64,000 bases of DNA, taken from contig MFOC01000002.1 of assembly GCA_001782235.1 (NCBI GenBank), positions 42,912-106,911 on the forward strand. The letters run 5' to 3'. The stretch is from Candidatus Levybacteria bacterium RIFCSPHIGHO2_02_FULL_40_18 (lineage in GTDB: Bacteria > Patescibacteriota > Microgenomatia > Levybacterales > GWA1-39-11). The position numbers were made by a program, and so were the translations under genes. The notes below the pieces were generated by a model. That model was not told where the DNA came from and made no database searches. It worked only from the letters and a program-made list of their open reading frames with translations. The first letter of the stretch is position 1. Every line of letters starts with the position of its first letter. Of this stretch, positions 56,212 to 64,000 are shown in pieces.

Positions 56212-58432
56212 TTATCGCAACTGAGCCAAAAAGTCTCTCAATGGGTGAACCCTCTAGATAAGTACCTGAAACAACTAACCTAACAACTTTATCATTAAAT
56301 TTTACAAAGTATTGTGTTTGCCAACCGCTCTTAAATTCAATTGCATCATTAAAGTGATATGTATCAAAATATATTTTCTTTAAGGTTACAGTCCCCGCTT
56401 CATTTATAACTGTTTTTATTTCCTGCATATCAAAAGTGGGCAATACTGAAATAATGCTTAATTGAGCGGTAAATCCAGGATTGCTCAGTGTATATATTTT
56501 TAAAATTTTAGGATCTTGAGTGCTTATCTGCTCCTCTATTTTAGCTCCTTGCGGATACCTGAAGGATAATTTCGTAAAAGAGTCTTCAAAAACCAGCCAA
56601 TCAGTATCATTTTTTGAATTTTTCATAAAATTCTCCATTTCTTCTCTTACGGACTTGGTAATATCGTTAAACTTAATTTTTTTTGAATCATAATAAAAAC
56701 CATAAACGTCATTAACGGAAAAAGTATTGGCAAGAAGAGCTTCTGATAGCGTTTTTTTGGTATTATAAAATCCAAATCCCCTGTTTTCTGAAAACAAATA
56801 ACCTTGTGGTTTTGCATCCAAAATAAATGTATCAAAAAAACTATCTGGTAGTGGATTCTTATCATAGTAGACAATTGTCAATATCTGAGGGAAACTCGTT
56901 TGGAAAGGAAGTATTGTACCGTATGCGCCTCCCCCATCTGTCTCGGCATAGAAAACAGCTTTTTGTGGTAACACCGGAAGATGCTGTTTTAATTGTGTAA
57001 TAATCTGCCGCCTTGGGATTCCCGTAACATCAACAATGGTATGCATATTCGCTTGAAATACGCTGTTATTGTTAATAAACCAAGCAAGAAACAGCAAACC
57101 TAAAACCCACAAAGAATTCAGAGAAATTCGCGTTATTTTTTTGATTATCCTGACTATAAATTCAGAAATAAATAAGAGCAAAAAAGGAAAAACTATCGCA
57201 GCTCCAATGGAAGGCATATAATAATGCCTTGAATCAAAAAGATCTGTCCCCCACGACGGAATACGTAAAACATTTAAAACCAGAGGGAGCGTACTCGCTA
57301 TTATGAGTAAAAATCCTAAAAGAACAGTTTGGGCCTCAGAATTTTTCTTGGATTGCATGTATTTACGTACCATAACAATAATGAGCACAACTATTCCAAG
57401 AGAAATCAGATAAAATAATAAATTTTGTCCCGGCCCATATACAAAAAACAAACGATTTTGGGCTCGCGACGCTGGCTCGCCAGGATATAAGTAATAAATA
57501 AACGGGCTTATCGTCTGCATGACAGAAAGGATAGTCGCCCCGGGGATAAAAACTTGCGAAAGCATACTTAAGGGAAATGAAATAGTTCTGTAGATAATAA
57601 GAGAGATATCAAAACCGCTACTTGCAGTAGCAACTTCTGCTTGATGTGTTAATTTCATGCTAACCTCTATCCATTGATTTATCCACACATACAAAGCTGG
57701 CAACACAAAACGAAAAGGAATAAAAAATGCTAACGGGATAGAATAGATTTTAATTAAAAATTTTACTGGGAAAACTCTTTTTTCCATAAAAATCATAATT
57801 GGAATTATCAAAATAAGAACAACTGCTATTTCTTTAGTTAGTAGATCAAGCAATAAAAATATGGAAGAAATAAAAAGATATTTTTTTTTCTTTGTACTTA
57901 GGGCTTTCTTCAAAAATAAAATGCTTAATATAAAAAAGGTAATTGAAAGAACATTTTGGCCATAAAATGCAGCCCATGTAACTGCATGCATAGGTATCGC
58001 CGACAATGCAAAAAAGACTCCTCCCACAATTGCAATAATGGTATTTTTGGATTTAAGTTTCCCATTTTTTAATAATTCCTGAATAAAAAGAAATACCAAG
58101 AAACTATTAATTGAGTGAAGCAATATAGATATAAATGCATATGGTGTAAAATTGACTCCAAAAAATCGAGTGTTTAGAAAAAAGATTTCCTCTCCTATTG
58201 GAACAACATGTTGCCCCTCAGATAATACTACCGCATCTGTAACTGATTTTATTAAAGGAAGTAACGGACCCCAAGGATCTTTTGTTAAAGGAAAGTAATG
58301 TGTAAAATGGAACCATTCATCCGCTTCAAAGTAAGAATTAAAGAGATCTTTGTATGCTGTAAAAACAAGGATAAGGAAAAAGATAAGTATAATTTTTTCG
58401 TTGAAAATAATTTTCTTAAACTTCTTTTTCAT
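56204..58432 (-). CDS. 742-aa GT-C-like polytopic membrane protein with C-terminal soluble domain
   Basis: ~13 TM helices. First loop has the acidic motif YFEADEWFHF. ~200-aa C-terminal extracytoplasmic domain. Confidence 0.45.
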   Translation of the reverse strand: MKKKFKKIIFNEKIILIFFLILVFTAYKDLFNSYFEADEWFHFTHYFPLTKDPWGPLLPLIKSVTDAVVLSEGQHVVPIGEEIFFLNTRFFGVNFTPYAFISILLHSINSFLVFLFIQELLKNGKLKSKNTIIAIVGGVFFALSAIPMHAVTWAAFYGQNVLSITFFILSILFLKKALSTKKKKYLFISSIFLLLDLLTKEIAVVLILIIPIMIFMEKRVFPVKFLIKIYSIPLAFFIPFRFVLPALYVWINQWIEVSMKLTHQAEVATASSGFDISLIIYRTISFPLSMLSQVFIPGATILSVMQTISPFIYYLYPGEPASRAQNRLFFVYGPGQNLLFYLISLGIVVLIIVMVRKYMQSKKNSEAQTVLLGFLLIIASTLPLVLNVLRIPSWGTDLFDSRHYYMPSIGAAIVFPFLLLFISEFIVRIIKKITRISLNSLWVLGLLFLAWFINNNSVFQANMHTIVDVTGIPRRQIITQLKQHLPVLPQKAVFYAETDGGGAYGTILPFQTSFPQILTIVYYDKNPLPDSFFDTFILDAKPQGYLFSENRGFGFYNTKKTLSEALLANTFSVNDVYGFYYDSKKIKFNDITKSVREEMENFMKNSKNDTDWLVFEDSFTKLSFRYPQGAKIEEQISTQDPKILKIYTLSNPGFTAQLSIISVLPTFDMQEIKTVINEAGTVTLKKIYFDTYHFNDAIEFKSGWQTQYFVKFNDKVVRLVVSGTYLEGSPIERLFGSVAISE

Positions 58433-59450
58433 TAAATCTTCCTTCCGGATTAAAGAAAAAATGTGAATAATAGTTAAAACTTGGATTACGTTCTACAGAG
58501 GCAAAGAGCATTTTATCATTTATTTTTCTAATACGAGATTGTATGTATTCTCTTTTTTTTAAAATCGAAGGTAAACTGGGAATCCATCCTATAACTCCGA
58601 TTTGAGAAGCAATGGCTTGTTTGAATTTCCCCCGAAGAAGACTCATAAAAATAAGTATCTCACAAAGTATAAAATGAATCGGTAAAACAAATAGTAACTT
58701 TTTTAAGCTTAAATTTTTTATATAAGATACAAACCTATTTCTAAAAGATCTAAATATTACCACTTCAGTTTTTGTCATTACAGACATATCTCCTCCGCCA
58801 AAGTGATAAACAATACTTTTTGGTATATAAATTATATTTTTTCCGGAGAGAAGAAGTCTATGACAAAGATCCGATTCTTCAACGTAGGTGACAAAACTTT
58901 CATCTATTCCTCCGAGATCAAGATAATCTTTCTTTTTCATAAGATAACAAGCTCCTTTTACTGAATAAACTGAAAGTTCTTTGTTGTATTTTTTTTCGGT
59001 TGCATTTTGAAAATATCCGTAGTGATATAAAAATCCGGTGAAGGTAAAAAAAGAACCGATAGAATCAATTGCATTTTTACTAACCATATTCCTTATTTGA
59101 GGTTGAACCGCTCCAATAGTTTTATCATTTTCAATTTTTTCAACAAGAGGCCCCAGAAAATTTGGAGTGACCTTAGTATCATTATTCAAAAAAAGAATGT
59201 ATTCGCCTGTAGCTCTTTTAACTCCTAAATTGTTTGCTCCTGAGTATCCTCTGTTCTTTTTAATTTCCAAGACTTTAAACTTCGGATAGTTCTTTTTAAG
59301 GAATTTTGCACTGTCATCCGTTGAACCATTGTTTACAATCAAAACTTCAATATTTTTATAGCTGACCTTTTTTAGAGTAGGAAGAAGCCCCTCCAGCCAT
59401 TTCTTGCCATTATAATTTGGTATAAGTACTGTAACCTTAGGTTTCGACAT
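58416..59450 (-). CDS. family 2 glycosyltransferase (GT2)
   Basis: VTVLIPNYNGKKWL...VNNGSTDDS and DxD-containing core. Confidence 0.8.
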   Translation of the reverse strand: MSKPKVTVLIPNYNGKKWLEGLLPTLKKVSYKNIEVLIVNNGSTDDSAKFLKKNYPKFKVLEIKKNRGYSGANNLGVKRATGEYILFLNNDTKVTPNFLGPLVEKIENDKTIGAVQPQIRNMVSKNAIDSIGSFFTFTGFLYHYGYFQNATEKKYNKELSVYSVKGACYLMKKKDYLDLGGIDESFVTYVEESDLCHRLLLSGKNIIYIPKSIVYHFGGGDMSVMTKTEVVIFRSFRNRFVSYIKNLSLKKLLFVLPIHFILCEILIFMSLLRGKFKQAIASQIGVIGWIPSLPSILKKREYIQSRIRKINDKMLFASVERNPSFNYYSHFFFNPEGRFNEKEV

Positions 59451-59455
59451 AAAAT

Positions 59456-60307
59456 TTAGGATAAAGTGAATAGATATCTTTTTAGTGCATCTTTCCAGGA
59501 AGGAAGTGTAACTCCAAGTTTTGCTGCACTGGTATTTTTAAGCGCAGAGAACATAGGACGTCTTAAATCTCCCTCACTCCGTCTGATAGGAATTACTTTT
59601 GTATTCTTATTTGATGCTCTAATTATTTCCATTGAAAATTCGGCAAGTGAACAATATCCTTCATTAACCAAGTGATAAATTCCAGAATTTGGTTTTTTTA
59701 ATATAAGTCTTAAAGAGGCAATAGCCAGGTCTTTTGCATAAGTTGGAGAAACGATTTGATCAGATGCTACCTCAAGCTCATCATTCTCTTTTGCCTGTTT
59801 TAAAATCGTTAATACAAAATTTCCACCTTTTGATCTACTACCTGATAATCCTCCGTACAAATAGGCAGTCCTAATAATTAATGACTTACTGCAATACGTT
59901 TTTGCGCAATATTCTCCCGCAAGTTTTGAGATTCCATACAATTGTAATGGATTTGCAGCATCATCTTCTAAGTATGGCTCGCCTTTTCTACCATCAAAAA
60001 CGTAATCAGTGCTATAGTGTATTAACCGTGAGCCATTATCTTGGCAAATCTGAGCAAGATTTTTAATAGCTATGGAATTAATTATGAAAGCTTTATCAGG
60101 AAACTCTTCACAGTCGCGAACTACATGAAAGGCGGAAGCATTTATAACAACGTCTGGTTTTATTCTTTTGACAAACTGAGAAATTTTACCTTTGTCTTCG
60201 ATATTAAGTTCCTTACTTGAAAATGCCGATACTTTATATTTCTTTCCCAACTCTATGTTTAGCTCGTGACCTAATTGACCATTTTTCCCAATTAATAAGA
60301 ATTTCAT
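59456..60307 (-). CDS. rmlD: dTDP-4-dehydrorhamnose reductase RmlD
   Basis: MKFLLIGKNGQLG...PDVVINASAF...HYSTDYVFDG...PYLEDD...LYGISKLAGE matches RmlD throughout. Confidence 0.8.
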   Translation of the reverse strand: MKFLLIGKNGQLGHELNIELGKKYKVSAFSSKELNIEDKGKISQFVKRIKPDVVINASAFHVVRDCEEFPDKAFIINSIAIKNLAQICQDNGSRLIHYSTDYVFDGRKGEPYLEDDAANPLQLYGISKLAGEYCAKTYCSKSLIIRTAYLYGGLSGSRSKGGNFVLTILKQAKENDELEVASDQIVSPTYAKDLAIASLRLILKKPNSGIYHLVNEGYCSLAEFSMEIIRASNKNTKVIPIRRSEGDLRRPMFSALKNTSAAKLGVTLPSWKDALKRYLFTLS

Positions 60308-60834
60308 CTTTTAGAAAGTGGCCATGAGGCATCCTTTTCTGATAAGAGCGGCTTATCTATTGGCCATTGAATCTTAAAAAACGGATCGTCCCATCTTATG
60401 CCTTTTTCATATTCTGGAGAATAATATTCAGTAACGAAATATTCAACGACCGTATCTTTTTCAAGCGTCTGGAATGCATGACCGCATCCCCTTGGAACAA
60501 GGAGCATTTTTTTATTTTTTTCCGACAATTCCACTCCTAACCATTTACCAAATGTCTTGGAATTACGACGTAAATCTATGGCAACGTCAAAAACTTTACC
60601 ATGCAAGCACTGGATTATTTTGTTCTCCGCGTGAGGTTTTATTTGGTAATGAATTCCTCGAATTGTACCTTTTTGTTTTGTGAATGATCTATTAATATGA
60701 ACTATATCAAATTCTATCTTATTTTTTTTAAGAACCTCTTTAGCATATATTCTCATGAAGTATCCGCGATCATCTACTTTTGGTTCAGCTTCAATAACGT
60801 ACACACCGCGAATTTTTGTTTTGTGAATCTTCAT
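60304..60834 (-). CDS. rmlC: dTDP-4-dehydrorhamnose 3,5-epimerase RmlC
   Basis: Cupin with DDRGYF and RGIHYQ motifs. 176 aa. Overlaps rmlD by 4 nt. Confidence 0.85.
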   Translation of the reverse strand: MKIHKTKIRGVYVIEAEPKVDDRGYFMRIYAKEVLKKNKIEFDIVHINRSFTKQKGTIRGIHYQIKPHAENKIIQCLHGKVFDVAIDLRRNSKTFGKWLGVELSEKNKKMLLVPRGCGHAFQTLEKDTVVEYFVTEYYSPEYEKGIRWDDPFFKIQWPIDKPLLSEKDASWPLSKR

Positions 60835-61859
60835 GTTGTGCGGAATAAATTCTTATCAATTCTGTTATTCTTCTGCAAGCGGCGTAAAACTGCAAGTCGA
60901 GTATATCTCCCTTCCTCAAAATCTTTTTTTGAAAATTTACTCTTTTTGAGAGCATAAATCATATCCTTAACAGATTTTGAAAGAGGCCATTTTTGACGGA
61001 CGTTGGGAAAGTGTTTCTTAAAGAAACCAAACTTGACTCTATAGCTTCTTGAATCAGCGCCATGTTCCCCTGTGTAGACGGCCGAGCAAAAGGGTAGCTC
61101 TTTTTTTATCACATCAACAAGATCCCTCACTTGAAAATTATTTTCATTAAATCCAATATTTACAATTTCCCCATTCAAAGATATGTCTTTTGTCTTAAGG
61201 AATTCAATAAAAATGTCAGTAAGGTCTCGAACATCAATCAAGGGCCTCCACGGTGTACCATCGCTCATAATTCGTATCTGGCCATAAGCAAGTGCTGTTG
61301 TGACTAAATTATTTACGACTAAATCATTTCTAAAACGAGGAGAAAAACCATAAACTGTCGAGTTTCGCAGAAGGCCAACAAAAAAATCTGAGGCAGCTAG
61401 TTTTTTAAGAGCTTGTTCGGTTTTTATTTTTGAGCGAGCATAGGCCGTCAATGGATTCACTCTCGATTTTTCATCCACTATTCCGTTTTCAGCTATACCG
61501 TAAACACTCGCGGAGGAAGAAAAAATAAATTTTTTAACTCCTGCTTTTTTTGCTAATTTTGCTAATCGAATTGAAGCCTTATGGTTTATTTCTTCTGTCA
61601 ATTTTGGGTCTATCTCTCCCATTGGATCATTAGATAAAGCACTGAGGTGAATAATTGCATCAACTCCTCTCAGGTCAGAAAGGCTTACATGACGAATATC
61701 CTTTGTGATTTTTTTATAGGAGGGTATGGAATCGCCGGGCAAAAGGTTGTTTTCAAAAAAACCCGTATCTAATCCAATTACATTGTGACCTTCTTTAACT
61801 AATTTCCTGACCAGAACCGATCCAATATATCCTCTATCACCGGTAACCAAAACTTTCAT
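60831..61859 (-). CDS. NAD-dependent epimerase/dehydratase (extended SDR)
   Basis: N-terminal VLVTGDRGYIGS Rossmann motif. ~340 aa. Confidence 0.7.
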   Translation of the reverse strand: MKVLVTGDRGYIGSVLVRKLVKEGHNVIGLDTGFFENNLLPGDSIPSYKKITKDIRHVSLSDLRGVDAIIHLSALSNDPMGEIDPKLTEEINHKASIRLAKLAKKAGVKKFIFSSSASVYGIAENGIVDEKSRVNPLTAYARSKIKTEQALKKLAASDFFVGLLRNSTVYGFSPRFRNDLVVNNLVTTALAYGQIRIMSDGTPWRPLIDVRDLTDIFIEFLKTKDISLNGEIVNIGFNENNFQVRDLVDVIKKELPFCSAVYTGEHGADSRSYRVKFGFFKKHFPNVRQKWPLSKSVKDMIYALKKSKFSKKDFEEGRYTRLAVLRRLQKNNRIDKNLFRTT

Positions 61860-61863
61860 ATTA

Positions 61864-62637
61864 TCACCACACTTTCCAGGCAGGATCCTTTTTCCACTGT
61901 TTATTCATTTCTTCAACATCTTGATATGTATCCATCGCTGACCAGTACCCGTCATGAAGATATACTGCAAGTTGACCATTTTTTGCTAATCCCGGAAATG
62001 CATCGTGAATCATATCACCTTTCTTTAGATATTCAAAAACTTTTTTTGTAAAAACCATAAATCCTCCATTTGTATATTGATTAAATCTTGGTTTTTCTTG
62101 GAATCTTTTGACGACCCCATTCTTGTCCGAGACAATAATCCCCCATTTAGACTTAGGGTGGACACCTGTAACAGTCCCTATTAATTTCTTTTTTTTATGG
62201 AAACGAAGCAAATCTCGAATATTAATATCGCTGACACCGTCTCCATAAGTAACCATAAATAGATCCGATTTTAAGTATTTTTTTACTCTAACTAATCTAT
62301 CGCCAGTTGGCGTTTCAAGACCTGTATTGACAAAGGTAATATCAAAATCATCTTTTCTCCTTCTGTTATTTTTATGTAAAATTTTTTTTCCTGTTTTTGT
62401 TTGTAAATTAAAGTCGTTATCAAAATACTCCTGGTTTAGAAAATAATCTTTAATGTAATCACCCTTATACCCTAGAGCTATTATAAATTTATTGAATCCG
62501 TGGTGTGAGTAGATTTTCATTATGTGCCAGATGATTGGTCTTCCTCCAAGGGAAACCATGGGTTTTGGGCGGAATTCAGTTTCTTCTTTCATTCGTGTTC
62601 CTGTCCCACCACAGAATATTACTACCGGAATTTTCAT
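61864..62637 (-). CDS. rfbF: glucose-1-phosphate cytidylyltransferase RfbF
   Basis: Matches RfbF along its whole length (VVIFCGGTGTRMKEETEFRPKPMV, GRPIIWHIMKIYS, TYGDGVSDINI, NGGFMVF, C-terminal PAWKVW). 257 aa. Confidence 0.85.
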   Translation of the reverse strand: MKIPVVIFCGGTGTRMKEETEFRPKPMVSLGGRPIIWHIMKIYSHHGFNKFIIALGYKGDYIKDYFLNQEYFDNDFNLQTKTGKKILHKNNRRRKDDFDITFVNTGLETPTGDRLVRVKKYLKSDLFMVTYGDGVSDINIRDLLRFHKKKKLIGTVTGVHPKSKWGIIVSDKNGVVKRFQEKPRFNQYTNGGFMVFTKKVFEYLKKGDMIHDAFPGLAKNGQLAVYLHDGYWSAMDTYQDVEEMNKQWKKDPAWKVW

Positions 62638-62670
62638 AGTTTTAAATTTGGTTACTTATTTTAACATATT

Positions 62671-63762
62671 TTGATGTTGACGGGCATATTTTTCTTAGTT
62701 ATAATGCCATATATAAATTTAGTGAAAAAAACAAAGAAAAAAATCTTCATAACAGGAGCCGCCGGATTCATAGGAAGCAATGTTTTAGAGTACTTATTTA
62801 AAAAATATAAAAATTACTACTTCACCGTACTCGATGCATTAACATATGCAGGAAATCTAAGAAATTTTCTACCCGAGATGATGAACGACAAACGCTTTCA
62901 CTTTGTGTACGGAGATGTAACCAACAATGCTTTGGTCGACAATCTAGTACGGGATTCTGATGTTGTAATTCATTTTGCTGCCGAAACTCACGTCACACGA
63001 TCAATTCATGACAATAGAAAATTTTTTGAGACTGATGTCTTGGGAACTCAATCGGTTGCAAACGCAGTTTACCATCATAAAAAAAGGGTTGAAAGATTTA
63101 TTCATATCTCTACTTGTGAGGTATATGGTCACGGTCTTACTCGAAAGATGGATGAATCACATCCACTAAACCCTCATAGCCCATATGCGGCAGCAAAAGC
63201 AGGAGCAGATCGCTTAGTATATTCTTACTATATTACTTATGGGATTCCAGTAATAATCTTGCGTCCATTTAATATTTATGGGCCCCGCCAGCATCTTGAA
63301 AAAGCAATACCCCGTTTTATAACTTCCGCATTATCGAATGATCCATTACCGCTGCATGGAGGGGGGAAGTCAAAAAGAGACTATATGCATGTTTCAGACG
63401 TAGCAACGGCTATTGATCTTTTAATACGCGCTCCTCTTAAAAAGGTTAAGGGTGAGGTATTTAATATTGGTTCAGGAAAAGCAATATCAATTCTTCAAAT
63501 AGCAAAGTCAGTCGCAAAGCATATGAAAATTCCAGAGTCCCGAATTAAAATTGTAAAAGACAGACCGGGACAGGTGTCTGGTTTTGCTTGCGATTATAGT
63601 AAGATAAAAAAACTACTTGGTTGGGAACCGAAAAAAGACATGAGAATAGGACTCATTGAAACAATTGCCTGGTATCGAGAAAATAAGGATATTTGGAATT
63701 TGCAAACATGGCTCAAGTCAGTTCCAATTGTGTTGCCTGATGGCACCACCGAACACCACTAG
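62671..63762 (+). CDS. rmlB: dTDP-glucose 4,6-dehydratase RmlB-like
   Basis: ITGAAGFIGSN, LDALTYAGN, AAETHVTRSI and SPYAAAKAGADRLV match RmlB signature regions. Confidence 0.8.
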   Translation: MMLTGIFFLVIMPYINLVKKTKKKIFITGAAGFIGSNVLEYLFKKYKNYYFTVLDALTYAGNLRNFLPEMMNDKRFHFVYGDVTNNALVDNLVRDSDVVIHFAAETHVTRSIHDNRKFFETDVLGTQSVANAVYHHKKRVERFIHISTCEVYGHGLTRKMDESHPLNPHSPYAAAKAGADRLVYSYYITYGIPVIILRPFNIYGPRQHLEKAIPRFITSALSNDPLPLHGGGKSKRDYMHVSDVATAIDLLIRAPLKKVKGEVFNIGSGKAISILQIAKSVAKHMKIPESRIKIVKDRPGQVSGFACDYSKIKKLLGWEPKKDMRIGLIETIAWYRENKDIWNLQTWLKSVPIVLPDGTTEHH

Positions 63763-63765
63763 TAT

Positions 63766-64000
63766 ATGAATGTTGAGTTTTTTAAACATAATGTCGGAAA
63801 TCAAGAAATTAAATTGGTTGAGAAAGTACTTCGTTCGCTCTTTTTGACAACGGGTGCATATGTAGATCAGTTTGAAGAATCTTTAGCGTCTTATCTTAAT
63901 GCAAAATACGCTGTTGGACTAACTAGCTGTACAGCCGCGCTTCATCTCGCGTGCATTGCCGCCGGTGTAAAACCAGGAGATGAAGTTATAACCACGCCAA
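63766..64000 (+). CDS. DegT-family sugar aminotransferase, 5' partial (runs off window end)
   Basis: Translation MNVEFFKHNVGNQEIKLVEKVLRS...YVDQFEESLASYL...LTSCTAALHLA matches the DegT N-terminus. No stop codon before position 64000. Confidence 0.7.
   Translation, partial: MNVEFFKHNVGNQEIKLVEKVLRSLFLTTGAYVDQFEESLASYLNAKYAVGLTSCTAALHLACIAAGVKPGDEVITTP

Noticed and set aside
1-64000. Search for tRNA or rRNA genes.
   Set aside because: No T-loop-like GGTTCGAATCC (or complement) or rRNA-like conserved blocks were seen by eye in intergenic gaps. This cannot be excluded without tRNAscan/Infernal.

Overview
AT-rich (~35% GC) bacterial window, almost entirely minus-strand coding. The compact gene content and small proteins suggest a small-genome, CPR/Patescibacteria-like bacterium; this taxonomic call is inference only. 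Three blocks are present. (1) 1-2.9 kb: small hypothetical and membrane proteins plus a retropepsin-like aspartic protease module. (2) 2.9-19.3 kb: a complete but atypical dcw cell-division and peptidoglycan cluster on the minus strand. Its order is mraZ-rsmH-ftsL-ftsI-murC-murA-glmU-like-murF-mraY-ftsW-murG-ftsQ-like-ftsA-unknown-ftsZ. Its oddities are a membrane-anchored MurF with a degenerate P-loop, an unknown gene between ftsA and ftsZ, a GlmU-like gene inside the cluster, and no murD/murE/murB/ddl. The cluster is followed by glyQS, recO and several unknown genes. (3) 24-64 kb: a very large surface-glycan locus. It contains a PglC-like initiating phosphoglycosyl transferase, a DUF4012 protein, a ManC-like gene, 3 family-2 glycosyltransferases (GT2) plus a GtrB/ArnC-like polyprenyl-phosphate sugar synthase, 5 family-4 glycosyltransferases (GT4, one truncated), two hexapeptide acetyltransferases, DegT aminotransferases, two paralogous SAM methyltransferases, RmlB/C/D, RfbF, an epimerase, and six polytopic membrane proteins of the GT-C glycosyltransferase fold (ArnT/PMT-like, YfhO/Emb-like; 491 to 1210 aa). 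The locus is interrupted by a RelE/YoeB toxin-antitoxin pair, an IS200/RAYT-type transposase with flanking hairpins, a four-helix-bundle (rRNA-IVS-type) protein gene and a squalene/phytoene-synthase-family gene. Two repeat classes are superimposed: palindromic intergenic elements built from tandem 7-9 nt units (two copies of one family share termini), and 7-nt tandem repeats embedded in-frame in glycosyltransferase genes. No rRNA, tRNA or CRISPR was recognised by eye.
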